Of a DNA stretch of 64,000 nt, positions 9,243 through 18,856 are shown piece after piece. This stretch comes from an uncultured Nitrospiraceae bacterium (lineage in GTDB: Bacteria > Nitrospirota > Thermodesulfovibrionia > Thermodesulfovibrionales > UBA6898): NCBI GenBank assembly GCA_963811165.1, contig CAWEQH010000008.1:32001-96000 (forward strand). The letters run 5' to 3'. The notes under the pieces were generated by a model. That model saw only the letters and a program-made list of their open reading frames with translations. It made no database searches and was not told where the DNA came from. Both the position numbers and the translations under genes were made by a program. Within the stretch, counting starts at the first letter, position 1. Every line of letters begins with the position of its first letter.

Positions 9243-11454
9243 ATGAATTCCCGGCAGTCCGAACAAGTACCGTTGCGCAAAAGGTTCTTCTCACGTGGCT
9301 TTCTCATTTTTATCGCCTTGATGCTTTTTCCCCTGATTTATGTTTCTCTTGTAAAACTGCGTCCAGTCGGGCCATCCTAACGTCCTGCTTATCACAATCG
9401 ACACGCTCAGGGCAGATCGGCTGGGCTGCTACGGGTTCGCTTTGGCAAGGACTCCAAACATAGATGCCATTGCGCGGGAAGGGGTCCGTTACAGCGATGC
9501 GATTTGCGTTGCGCCCATCACTCTGGTTTCCCATACATCGATACTCACCGGGATGAATCCTCCTGCGCACGGCGTTCGCGACAACGGAACCTATAGGGTC
9601 GGCGATGATACCGTGACCCTTGCAGACCGCCTGAAGTCGGCCGGGTACACCACGCATGCCTTTGTATCGGCAGCCGTATTGAACCGCAGATACAACCTCT
9701 CCAAAGGGTTCGAGGACTACGACGACAACCTTTGGGGTGAAGACAATCCGAAGTTATTCATGATCCGCGAGCGGCAGGCGAATAAGACTATTGACAGTGT
9801 GCTCACCTGGTTCAACCGTTGGCGCTCTGTAAAGGACCGCAAGCCCTTTTTCACCTGGGTGCATCTCTTCGACCCTCATCAGCCCTACCGGCCGCCCTCC
9901 TGGGCGCGTATCTTAACGCCCTCCCTCTATGATGGGGAGATCGCCTTCGCAGACCGGGAGCTTGGCAGGCTGTTCAGCGCATTGCGCCAAAGCGGGGTCA
10001 TGGACAACACTATCGTCGTTATCACGGCAGACCATGGAGAAAGCCTCGGCGACCACAATGAAAAGACGCATGCGATCTTTATCTATGACGCCACGGTCCA
10101 TGTCCCGCTGATCATGCGTTTTCCACGCCTCCTGCCGACAGGGTCTGTTTACAAAGGACCCGTGCGCTCGATCGACATCGTACCTACGTTGCTGTCTATC
10201 CTTGGGGTCAAAGGGGCCGAAGAGACCCAGGGGGTCAACCTGCTGCCGGCTACGCTCGGGAAGATACGGCCTCCCGATCTGCCCCAGTACTCGGAGTCGC
10301 GCCTTTCCGAGCTCGGATTCGGCATGGCCCCTCTTTACGGTCTGCGCAAGGGCGGCTATAAGTGGATCAGAGCGCCGAAGCCGGAGGTATACGACCTCAG
10401 GGCCGACCCGCAGGAGCTTGTCAATATATATGACACGAACAAGCCGCTGGCCGCGGGGCTTGACGATGAACTTAGCCGCATTATGGAGAAGGGATACAAG
10501 GGGCCGGCATCAGGCGCCGACAACCCCATGAACCGTGAAACCCTCGATATGCTCCAGAGCCTGGGGTATCTCGCCTCTTCGGAAGAGCGCCGGAGCATGT
10601 CCGGGATGGACCCCAAGGACGGCATCGCCGTTTATAACGATCTCGACGAGGCGCGCCATCTGGCCCAGCAGAACCGGCTGAAGGAGTCCGAGGCGAAATT
10701 AAATGATATCCTCCGGTCAATCCCGAAGCATGTTTCGGCGAGGAACATTTTAGGCTTTGTCCTGATGAAGGAGAACCGGCAGGCGGAGGCGCGTCGTCAT
10801 TACCTCCAATCTCTCAGGGACGATCCCAAGCAGGCCCGTGTCCATGTAATGCTTGGGCACCTTGCCCTTCTAGAAGGCAACTTCGCCGAGGCCGAGCGGC
10901 GCATGCATGAAGCGCTCGCAATATCTCCCCAGTTCGTCGAGGCGGCAAGCGGCTTAGGTTTTATCGAGGACCTTCGGGGCAATACGGCAGCAGCTCTCAG
11001 CTGGTATGAAAAGGCGATAGCCATGGATCCCTACTATCCCCTCGTGTATCGGCGTATCGCTGATTTCCATTACGATCGAAAGGATTTCAGCAAGGCGCTC
11101 CACTACTATGAGAAAAGCCTTGAGCGTCTGCCCGGTGATTTCAGGTCCCTGATCCAGGCCGGCAACAGCGCCCGCAGGCTGAACGATATGCAGAAGGGCA
11201 GACAATATTATGAAAAGGCCGCCAAACTCCGGCCTGACTCGTGGATCCCGCTTTACAACATGGCGTGTCTAAAATCACTCAACGGAGATGTGGACGGCGC
11301 CCTTGGGGCGCTGCGCGAGGCGGTCGGCAAAGGGCTTCATTCGAAGGACCTGCTGAGGACGGACGGCGACCTTAAGAATGTTCGCAGTAACCGCGGGTAC
11401 CCCGCCATTGTTGCGGCAATCCGGCCCGGCAGCGGCGGGGATGAGCCAGAATAA
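9243..11454 (+). CDS. Sulfatase-like hydrolase/transferase with C-terminal TPR array; frameshift at ~9355-9380
   Basis: ATG 9243 gives a basic + hydrophobic leader that stops at 9380. The other frame carries PNVLLITIDTLRADRLGCYG, then APITLVSHTSILTG, HLFDPHQPY and ADHGESLG, followed by TPR repeats. Confidence 0.85.
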
Positions 11455-11457
11455 CCC

Positions 11458-12255
11458 TTACATGTAGCCGAGCGCCCGAAGCCTGTCCATGAGTTGTTCT
11501 TTCTCCTGACCCCTGCCTGCGCGCTCCGGCGACGCTTCCAGGTCTTGCTCCCAGGCAGGCAGATCGGACGTCTTGATCGTATTATATCTCGCTCCAAGAG
11601 ACCGGTACCCAAGTGCATAAAGCCCGCAGTAAGGGATGTCATTCCCTAAAATAGCGTCCCAGACATCCCGCTCGGTAAAGTGCAGGATAGGGTGCACGCG
11701 CATATGGGGCGGCTCGTTATCCGGCCTATCGCTGAAATAATTCTCCTGCCCGCGCGCCGACTGCTCGTCGCGTCTGATCGCCGTGGCAAGGGCCTTCAGC
11801 CCATGCTCACGGATAAAAATATTCATCGCGCAGGTTTTCAGCAGATGGTTTCCGACCAGGCTTTCGGGTTCGAAGGGAAAGGTCTCTCCGGTGTAGCCGA
11901 TCCTCAGGAGTTCGGCCCTGTTTTGCTCGTTGAGACTCGATACCGCGATGGTATCACCTATCCCATGCGCTCTGGAGATGACATCAGTGTTTCTTGCTTC
12001 AATGAGCTCGACATCCCACGCAACGGTAACCGTTCTCATGAAAGTCCTGATCTCATCGAAGATATCGCCCTCGTCGATCATCATGCATTTTGGAAGGCGC
12101 ATTCCCGTCTCGCTGCATACGAGCCTGAATAGCCAGAGCACCAGTGTGCTGTCCTTGTGGCCGGTCCAGGCGATCGCCATCTTCTCGCTGCCGAACCGGT
12201 CAAACGCCTCGGTGATGATCTCCTTCGATCTTTCAATCTTCTGCGCCAGCGTCAT
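11458..12255 (-). CDS. PAPS reductase family / CysD-like (sulfate adenylyltransferase subunit 2-like) PP-loop protein
   Basis: PP-loop variant WTGHKDS, AIRRDEQSAR, RVHPILHFTERDVW, GYRSLG, ERAGRGQEKE...RLRALGYM. Confidence 0.85.
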   Translation of the reverse strand: MTLAQKIERSKEIITEAFDRFGSEKMAIAWTGHKDSTLVLWLFRLVCSETGMRLPKCMMIDEGDIFDEIRTFMRTVTVAWDVELIEARNTDVISRAHGIGDTIAVSSLNEQNRAELLRIGYTGETFPFEPESLVGNHLLKTCAMNIFIREHGLKALATAIRRDEQSARGQENYFSDRPDNEPPHMRVHPILHFTERDVWDAILGNDIPYCGLYALGYRSLGARYNTIKTSDLPAWEQDLEASPERAGRGQEKEQLMDRLRALGYM

Positions 12256-12419
12256 TTTTTTACTATAGAGAATGTTTGTGAATCATGTCAATCGGTCGGC
12301 ATGAATCACGGACGCATCCTGAAAAGACAAGCCGCGTAATATCTGTTTCACCCGGCCTGCTCAGGGCCTGATTGACAACCTTATCTCTAAACAATTATTA
12401 TGAAACCACATTGAAAACA

Positions 12420-12698
12420 ATGACGAAGAGAACATCAACAATTTGCCGCGTTTTAGTTGCGGCCGGATTGCTTTTGTCCGGCACTGCCTATGCGTATGTC
12501 GACCCTTATACCGGCGGGATGATTACCAGTTCCCTCTCAACCATCCTCGCTGCGGTTTTGGGTTTCCTGAGCGCCGGCCTCGTTCTCTTCAGAGGCTTTC
12601 TTGGCCGCTTGCTCGGCAATAAGTTTGCTCGCTATCTGACCTTCACGGCCCTGGCATGTCTCGCCGTGGCGGGAATATATGTATTCGTCTATTCCTGA
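12420..12698 (+). CDS. Small membrane protein with AYA-YVDPxTG motif
   Basis: Signal peptide ending AYA, then YVDPYTGG and two hydrophobic helices; resembles the YIDPGTGS-type small proteins that accompany alkaline-phosphatase-family genes. Confidence 0.7.
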   Translation: MTKRTSTICRVLVAAGLLLSGTAYAYVDPYTGGMITSSLSTILAAVLGFLSAGLVLFRGFLGRLLGNKFARYLTFTALACLAVAGIYVFVYS

Positions 12699-12748
12699 TG
12701 TATCGGGTTGCCGGTTGGCGCTGAGGGCGGTTTCCACGGCATAGCGAT

Positions 12749-14599
12749 ATGATCGATAGACGGGATTTCTTGAAGTTTGCGGCCGTTGCTCCCTTGCTCC
12801 TGTCAGCAGGCTGCGGCAGGAATACTACCACACACGGAGTTCGCATGAATAAACGCCTTATTATCCTGGGTATCGACGGCATGGACCCGGACCTGGTCAA
12901 TCTTTTCATGAAAGACGGCTCGCTCCCTCATATCGCCGGCCTTGCCGCCAGGGGCACGATGTCGCGTTTCCCTACGATTGTCCCCCCCCAGAGCCCCTCG
13001 GTCTGGACCACACTGTCAAGCGGGGTATATCCGGAGCGGCATGGCGTCTTTGATTTCATCCAGCGAAAGGCCGGCAGCTATCTTCCGTACCTGAGCATCA
13101 ACAGCATGAATGAAAAAAGCGGCAGGTTCGAAAATCCCAACCGTGCCGTGCCATTTTGGAGAGTCACGTCGAAGGCTGGCATTCCCACTTCCGTTTACCG
13201 GTGGCCCGCGTCATTTCCCTCTGAAGAGATCAACGGGGACATGCTCTCCGGTCTTGGCACGCCGGATGTCAAGGGGTTCCTTGGTGTCTATACTTACTAT
13301 ACCGACGAGGACGTGCCAATCCCTCCCGATTCCAGAAAAAACGTCAGGCGAATCACATTCTCCGGAGATAGGGCGACGACCGTTTTAGAGGGCCCCTTTG
13401 CGGAAAGAAACAAGGCGTTTGAAAAGGAACTTATTATACAGAAGGCCGCCGACGGCGTTTCGATCGGCGTTGATGGGAGCACAGTACGGCTGAAGGTGGA
13501 GGAGTGGTCTCCGCTGCAGACCGTATCGTTTAGGAAAGGGATTCTCGGCGGCCTCACAGGGGTCTGCAAATTTCACCTGATGAGCATTAATCCTTTCCGT
13601 CTTTATGCGACGCCCGTGCAGCTCGATCCCTCGAATCCGATTGTGCCGTTTACGAATCCGAAGGGTCTGGCAGCCTCAATCGCAAAGGCAATAGGTCCGT
13701 TCCAGACGCTGGGCATGCCTGAGGACACATCCGCTCTCAACAAAAAGCATTTAGACATGGATGGCTTCAACGCTCTTTGCGCTTCCATCAACAAAGAACG
13801 CGCGGCAATGTTCAGGGAGGCTTTGGGGCGCTTCCGAGGCGGCGTATTGGCCTTTGTCTTTGACACCTCCGACCGTCTGCAGCACATCCATTTCCGAAAA
13901 GGCGGCCCAAATGCTGAAATCAAACAACACTACATGGAGATGGACCGGCTGATCGGCGAAGTCGTGAAAATGCTTTCTCCCGAGGACAGCCTCATCATCG
14001 TGTCAGACCACGGTATCACGAGCTATGATTACGACTTTCACCTCAATACCTTTTTGGTGCAGAAGGGATTTATGCATCTCACGTCAGAGCCTGGAGAAAC
14101 AAATAAGGGCGAACTTTTCAACCTGGTGGATTGGACGAGGACAAAGGCCTATGCGCTCGGATTTTCCGGAATATATATAAATATGCAGGGAAGAGAACCA
14201 CACGGGATTATCGCGCGCTCTGAGAAGGAAAGAGTCGCGGCCGAACTCAGGGACGCCCTCCTTGGTTTTGCGCCTGGCGGATTTAGAAAGCCCGTAATCG
14301 CTGTTTACCCTACATCAGTCAAAGACGATCCCCTTGCTCCGGACCTCATTATCGGCATGAATGAGGGGTTCAGAGTTTCATCCAACACGGCAATAGGGGG
14401 TGTATCGAAGGATGTGCTCACGCCAAATAACCTCCCGTGGTGTGCAGACCACATCGTTGACAGGTCACTCGTAGACGGTCTTCTTGTTACAAACAGGAAG
14501 CTCACGAGGGCGCCTCTCATGGTCGATCTCGCCCCTACCGTAACCTCATTCTTTGGCGTACCACCGGACCCATCCTGGGAAGGCAAAGCTTTTTTCTGA
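12749..14599 (+). CDS. Tat-lipoprotein alkaline phosphatase superfamily protein (type I phosphodiesterase/NPP-like)
   Basis: RRDFLK twin-arginine motif + lipobox SAGC; IILGIDGMDP, PPQSPSVW, DRLQH, VSDHG, DWTRTKAYALG. Confidence 0.88.
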   Translation: MIDRRDFLKFAAVAPLLLSAGCGRNTTTHGVRMNKRLIILGIDGMDPDLVNLFMKDGSLPHIAGLAARGTMSRFPTIVPPQSPSVWTTLSSGVYPERHGVFDFIQRKAGSYLPYLSINSMNEKSGRFENPNRAVPFWRVTSKAGIPTSVYRWPASFPSEEINGDMLSGLGTPDVKGFLGVYTYYTDEDVPIPPDSRKNVRRITFSGDRATTVLEGPFAERNKAFEKELIIQKAADGVSIGVDGSTVRLKVEEWSPLQTVSFRKGILGGLTGVCKFHLMSINPFRLYATPVQLDPSNPIVPFTNPKGLAASIAKAIGPFQTLGMPEDTSALNKKHLDMDGFNALCASINKERAAMFREALGRFRGGVLAFVFDTSDRLQHIHFRKGGPNAEIKQHYMEMDRLIGEVVKMLSPEDSLIIVSDHGITSYDYDFHLNTFLVQKGFMHLTSEPGETNKGELFNLVDWTRTKAYALGFSGIYINMQGREPHGIIARSEKERVAAELRDALLGFAPGGFRKPVIAVYPTSVKDDPLAPDLIIGMNEGFRVSSNTAIGGVSKDVLTPNNLPWCADHIVDRSLVDGLLVTNRKLTRAPLMVDLAPTVTSFFGVPPDPSWEGKAFF

Positions 14600-14652
14600 G
14601 TGCACCTGTAAGTTCGGCCAGTCTGAGGGGCAGGATTGCCTCGGCACAGCTT

Positions 14653-16566
14653 TCATAGCTCCAGCGCTACGGCAGTTGCGTCTCTCAGCGCTGCACCGAG
14701 GTTGCCCGGCTCCTTTGCGTCTCCCACCACGTATACCTCTTCAAGAGCGCCTCTGAGAGTTTCAACCAAGGAGTCGACAGAGACGGCGCCGGTCGAAAAA
14801 ATCACCGAGTCAGCCGCTAATTCTTTCCCGATACCTTCTTTGGTCTCGACAATGACTTTCCCAGGCCCGACCGCGATCACCTTTGTGCTTGTCAGGATTG
14901 CGACGTTCTTGTTCCTGAGTCTTTTGAACAGTTCCTGTTTCGGGATCTCTTTCATCCTATGGAGGGCCTCTTCGAAGGCTTCGACGATAGTGACACTCAT
15001 GCCTTTCTCTGCGAGAAGGTCCGCTGTCTCGCAACCGATGTCCCCGCCGCCGACGATGACCACGTTCTTTCCCAGATCGATGGCGTCCTCGTAGACTGCC
15101 CTGACGTCGTACACCGAGGGTAGGTCTATGCCGGGGACATTCGGAAGAGATGGCCTGGACCCCAGAGCGACGATTACTGCATCGGGATTGTGAGAAAGGA
15201 TCTCCTTATTTGTCGGAGCCTTGTGCAAAATAACCTTCGCGTTCGTCTTGCCAAGCATATATTTCATGTGCTGCAAGGCCGCTTCCATCTCCTCCTTGCA
15301 GGGAGCGACAGAGGAAATTTTCAGTTGCCCTCCAAGGGTATCTTCCTTTTCGTAGAGGATCACCTCATGCCCCCGTTTACTCGCCAGGAGCGCAGCCTGC
15401 ATGCCTGCAGGGCCTCCGCCTACAACAACGACTCTCTTCTTCCTTTGAGCGCTCGTTGGCTTCAATCGGTATTCTTGCCCTGAGAAAGGGTTCACGGTAC
15501 AGGTTCTGCCGATGCCTTTGACCCCTTTATCGGCACAATCTTCCAAGTCGTAGAGGCATCTGCGTATCTCTTCGGTCATTCCTGCCCGGGCCTTAATGGG
15601 GAAATGGGGGTCGGCGAGGAGCGGCCGGGCCATGGCAACAAAATCGGCGTCTCCGTCCCTGAGCACCTTTTCCGCCAGCTCCGGGGTGTTGATCTTTCCG
15701 ACCGCGATGACCGGTATGGCGACCGCATTTTTAATTCCTCCGGCAAGGTGAATCAAAACGCCGGGTGGAAGATAGTGGGAGGGGATCGTCATGCCCTTAG
15801 TCGCCTTATTGCCTCCCGATGCAAGGATGGCATCGGCGCCCGCCTGCTCAGCGAGTCGGGCGATTTCTGTCGTGTCATTCAGCCTTAGCCCTCCTTCGAT
15901 AAATTCGTCGCATGCGAGCTTCACCATCACCGGATAGTCCTTGCCCGCTTTCTCTTTGACCGCTTCGATGAGCCCTATGAGAAAACGCGTGCGGTTTTCG
16001 AGACTGCCGCCGAATTCGTCCGTCCTTTTGTTTGAAAGGGGAGAAAGGAGCTGCGAGATAAGATCACCGTAGCTCGCCTGGACCTCGATCCCATCGTACC
16101 CCAGTTCACGTGCCCTCTTTGCCCCGTTTGCCATGATCCCGATGATTCCGCCTGCCTCCGCCGTAGTCATGATCCCCACGAGAGGCGCGACCCACGTGTT
16201 GCCCTTCTGTTTCGACCCGGGGACCTCGCGATCAAAGATACGCTCTTTCGGATAATTGAGCTGCATGAACGCCTTTGCGCCCTCAGTGTGGATCGCGGCA
16301 AGGAGATTCTTGACAGCATCCGCATACTCCGGCGCGTCGAAGCGAAGCTCGTTCGGCCCTTTATATGCGTTTGGGTAGTCGAGGCAGGGACAATCCAGGA
16401 CGATCATGGCAACGCCCCCGCGCGCCCTCTCGCGGTAGAACTCGATCATCCTTTCGTTCACCTTACTGTCGGTGGCATACTTTGTGGGATAGAGAGACAT
16501 GATGAGACGGTTTCTAAGGGCGGCGCTGCCGATTCTTCCTTCGTGAAAGATATGAGGGAAATGCAT
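14653..16566 (-). CDS. NADH:flavin oxidoreductase (OYE TIM barrel + FAD/NAD domains, 2,4-dienoyl-CoA-reductase-like) with atypical active site
   Basis: LRNRLIM, FYRERARGG, SPLSNKRTDEFGGSLENR, VGGGPAG, VGGGDIG. Confidence 0.9.
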   Translation of the reverse strand: MHFPHIFHEGRIGSAALRNRLIMSLYPTKYATDSKVNERMIEFYRERARGGVAMIVLDCPCLDYPNAYKGPNELRFDAPEYADAVKNLLAAIHTEGAKAFMQLNYPKERIFDREVPGSKQKGNTWVAPLVGIMTTAEAGGIIGIMANGAKRARELGYDGIEVQASYGDLISQLLSPLSNKRTDEFGGSLENRTRFLIGLIEAVKEKAGKDYPVMVKLACDEFIEGGLRLNDTTEIARLAEQAGADAILASGGNKATKGMTIPSHYLPPGVLIHLAGGIKNAVAIPVIAVGKINTPELAEKVLRDGDADFVAMARPLLADPHFPIKARAGMTEEIRRCLYDLEDCADKGVKGIGRTCTVNPFSGQEYRLKPTSAQRKKRVVVVGGGPAGMQAALLASKRGHEVILYEKEDTLGGQLKISSVAPCKEEMEAALQHMKYMLGKTNAKVILHKAPTNKEILSHNPDAVIVALGSRPSLPNVPGIDLPSVYDVRAVYEDAIDLGKNVVIVGGGDIGCETADLLAEKGMSVTIVEAFEEALHRMKEIPKQELFKRLRNKNVAILTSTKVIAVGPGKVIVETKEGIGKELAADSVIFSTGAVSVDSLVETLRGALEEVYVVGDAKEPGNLGAALRDATAVALEL

Positions 16567-16760
16567 CGTATTCTCCCATTCGTGATCGGACAGGGGATAC
16601 CTATCCGGCGTTTATTCCAGATACGTTTTAATGATAGCAGATATTGAGAATTCGGGAAACAATGCGGGCAGGTCTCTTGAGAGACGTCCCTCTCACTACG
16701 TATTAGGGGGAAGTAAGTGAAAAACCTCTTCCTTTTGGAACGGGCCTCAACGGCCGCGCA

Positions 16761-17984
16761 TCAAAAGAGCGTCGGCTCTTTTTCGGTGTCTTTTTTTTCT
16801 TTCCCTGACTTCTCCGCCGTCCGGTAGCAGTAGGCCTCCTCGATGAGCTCGATGAGATGAAGCAACGGCCTGTCGGTGACGACCCTGCCAAGCTGCAGGA
16901 CGCATCCCGGGCATGAGGTGATCACCATGTCGGCATTGGATTCCACTATCCGGTCCGCCTTTTTCTTAAGCAAGGACGAGGACGTTTCTTTGAAGGAAAG
17001 ACAATAGAGGCCCCCAAAGCCGCAGCAGCCGGGCTCTTGAGAGCCGGCCAGGTCGAGACCTGCTTTTTTTATTATCTCCCGCGGCTCTTTTTTTACCCCC
17101 AGCCCGTAATACAGATGGCATGGGTCATGGTAGTAGGAGGTCTTATAGATCTTGTCCAAGGGTTTGAGTTTGTCCTCGAAAAAGGTGGATATGTCCATCG
17201 CCCTTTCGAGCCCCTTGCCTATGGTCTTGGGGTATTCGGTCCGCAGATGCATCGTGCAGGTCGGGCATGGACTGAGTATCGCATCTACCTTAAGTCTGCT
17301 TAGCACATGATAGTTTTTTTTCGCCAGTTCCTCCGCCTCCTGTTCGAGCCCGAGCGCCCTCAGCGGCGCTCCGCAGCAGGTCTCACCTTTTGGGAGGACG
17401 ACTTCGTATCCGAATTTCTGAAGCACGTTGATCAAAGAGTCGCCGAAGTGAGGGAACAAATAATTTGTGGAGCAGCCTGCGAAGATGGCGACCCTTCCCT
17501 TTTTCTTATGTGCCTTAAAGACCTGTTCACTCTTCCTAAACGGCGCGTCAGGGAGTTCAGGGCTGAAGGGGAGTATTCCCCTTCTCACCAGGAAGGGCAA
17601 GATGAGCCGTTTCGCAAGCCGGAGCGTTTTAAAGGCCTGATCGGGCCACTTCGCCGATACTCTGGCCACGGACCTAAGAAGCCTCCGCTTCTTGTCGCTT
17701 GCGCTAAGGAAGGCCCTGCCGCGATATATGGCCGCGGGTATGTCGACCCCCAGGGGGCATGTCCCTTCGCAGGCCCCGCAGAGGATGCAGCTGAAAATCC
17801 GCTCATTTAGCAGCGGGGAAGGCTCGATAGTTCCCTCGAGGAGACCCCGCAAAAGAATGAGCCGTCCCCTTGTACCCATAGGCTCAAAGGGATCATTGTC
17901 AAACGTCGGACATAGGGCCTTGCAGCTGCCGCAACGGACGCATTTTGAGAGCTCTTCCTGGTATGTCGATAATTCAGTGCGCAT
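16761..17984 (-). CDS. GlcF-like Fe-S protein (2x[4Fe-4S] + 2 CCG domains)
   Basis: CVRCGSCKALCP, CILCGACEGTCP, CCGAP, YHDPCHL, CCGFGG, SCPGC. Start could also be the TTG at 18002. Confidence 0.9.
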   Translation of the reverse strand: MRTELSTYQEELSKCVRCGSCKALCPTFDNDPFEPMGTRGRLILLRGLLEGTIEPSPLLNERIFSCILCGACEGTCPLGVDIPAAIYRGRAFLSASDKKRRLLRSVARVSAKWPDQAFKTLRLAKRLILPFLVRRGILPFSPELPDAPFRKSEQVFKAHKKKGRVAIFAGCSTNYLFPHFGDSLINVLQKFGYEVVLPKGETCCGAPLRALGLEQEAEELAKKNYHVLSRLKVDAILSPCPTCTMHLRTEYPKTIGKGLERAMDISTFFEDKLKPLDKIYKTSYYHDPCHLYYGLGVKKEPREIIKKAGLDLAGSQEPGCCGFGGLYCLSFKETSSSLLKKKADRIVESNADMVITSCPGCVLQLGRVVTDRPLLHLIELIEEAYCYRTAEKSGKEKKDTEKEPTLF

Positions 17985-18010
17985 AGAAAAATAAGAAGGC
18001 AAGGACAGCC

Positions 18011-18853
18011 TTAGTCGCGGATCTTGTTCTCATTGCTGTTTTTAAGCACCCTGTTCATATTCCCGCTTCTATACCCTTGCAGGTCCATCGAGACGAATGT
18101 ATATCCGAAGGAGCGCAATCTATCCGTGATGAGACGCCTGTTGGCCGGATCCATAAGCAAAGACATATCTTCTTCCTTCACCTCGATCCGCGCAGAGTCC
18201 CCATAATCTCTTACCCTCGCCTCGCGAACTCCGAGAGAAATGATAAATTCCTCGGCCCGCTCCACCCGGGCCAGGGCCTCGGCGGTTATTCTCCGGCCGT
18301 ATGGGACCCGCGAAGAAAGGCATGGCGAAGAAGGACGGTCCCAGGTCTTAAGCCCGAGTTTTTTTGACAATGCCCTGATCTGCTCTTTCGACAGGCCCTG
18401 TTCGGCAAGGGGGCTACGCACTCCGTGGACAGAGGCGGCCCTTCTTCCGGGCCTGTAGTCTGCAAGGTCGTCCGAGTTGGACCCGTCGAAGACATAGTCA
18501 AAGCCGTCTTGCTCTGCAATACCCTTTAATTTCCCGAAAAGCTCATCTTTGCAGAAAAAACAACGTTCGGGCGTATTACTGACATAAGACTCGTTGGAAA
18601 GTTCGCTCGTCTGTATGAAGCGGTGGTCCGCGCCGAGCTCCCTGACAAACGATGCGCAGATATCCATGTCTTTTCGCGGCATCGTCTCTGAGATCGCAGT
18701 GACCGCCAACGTCCTCATATCTGTTTTCTTCATCGCCGCAAGCAAAAATGAGCTGTCGACGCCGCCTGAAAAGGCGAGCACCGCACTTCCCAATCTTTGT
18801 AACTCGGCAAGAAGCTCCCGGAACTTACCGTCCAAGATAGGTGATTTCCCCAT
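18011..18853 (-). CDS. larE: ATP-dependent sulfur transferase LarE family
   Basis: AFSGGVDS PP-loop, RCFFCK, DYRPG, PSSPCLSSRVPYG, GYRSGNMN. Confidence 0.92.
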   Translation of the reverse strand: MGKSPILDGKFRELLAELQRLGSAVLAFSGGVDSSFLLAAMKKTDMRTLAVTAISETMPRKDMDICASFVRELGADHRFIQTSELSNESYVSNTPERCFFCKDELFGKLKGIAEQDGFDYVFDGSNSDDLADYRPGRRAASVHGVRSPLAEQGLSKEQIRALSKKLGLKTWDRPSSPCLSSRVPYGRRITAEALARVERAEEFIISLGVREARVRDYGDSARIEVKEEDMSLLMDPANRRLITDRLRSFGYTFVSMDLQGYRSGNMNRVLKNSNENKIRD

Positions 18854-18856
18854 CGC

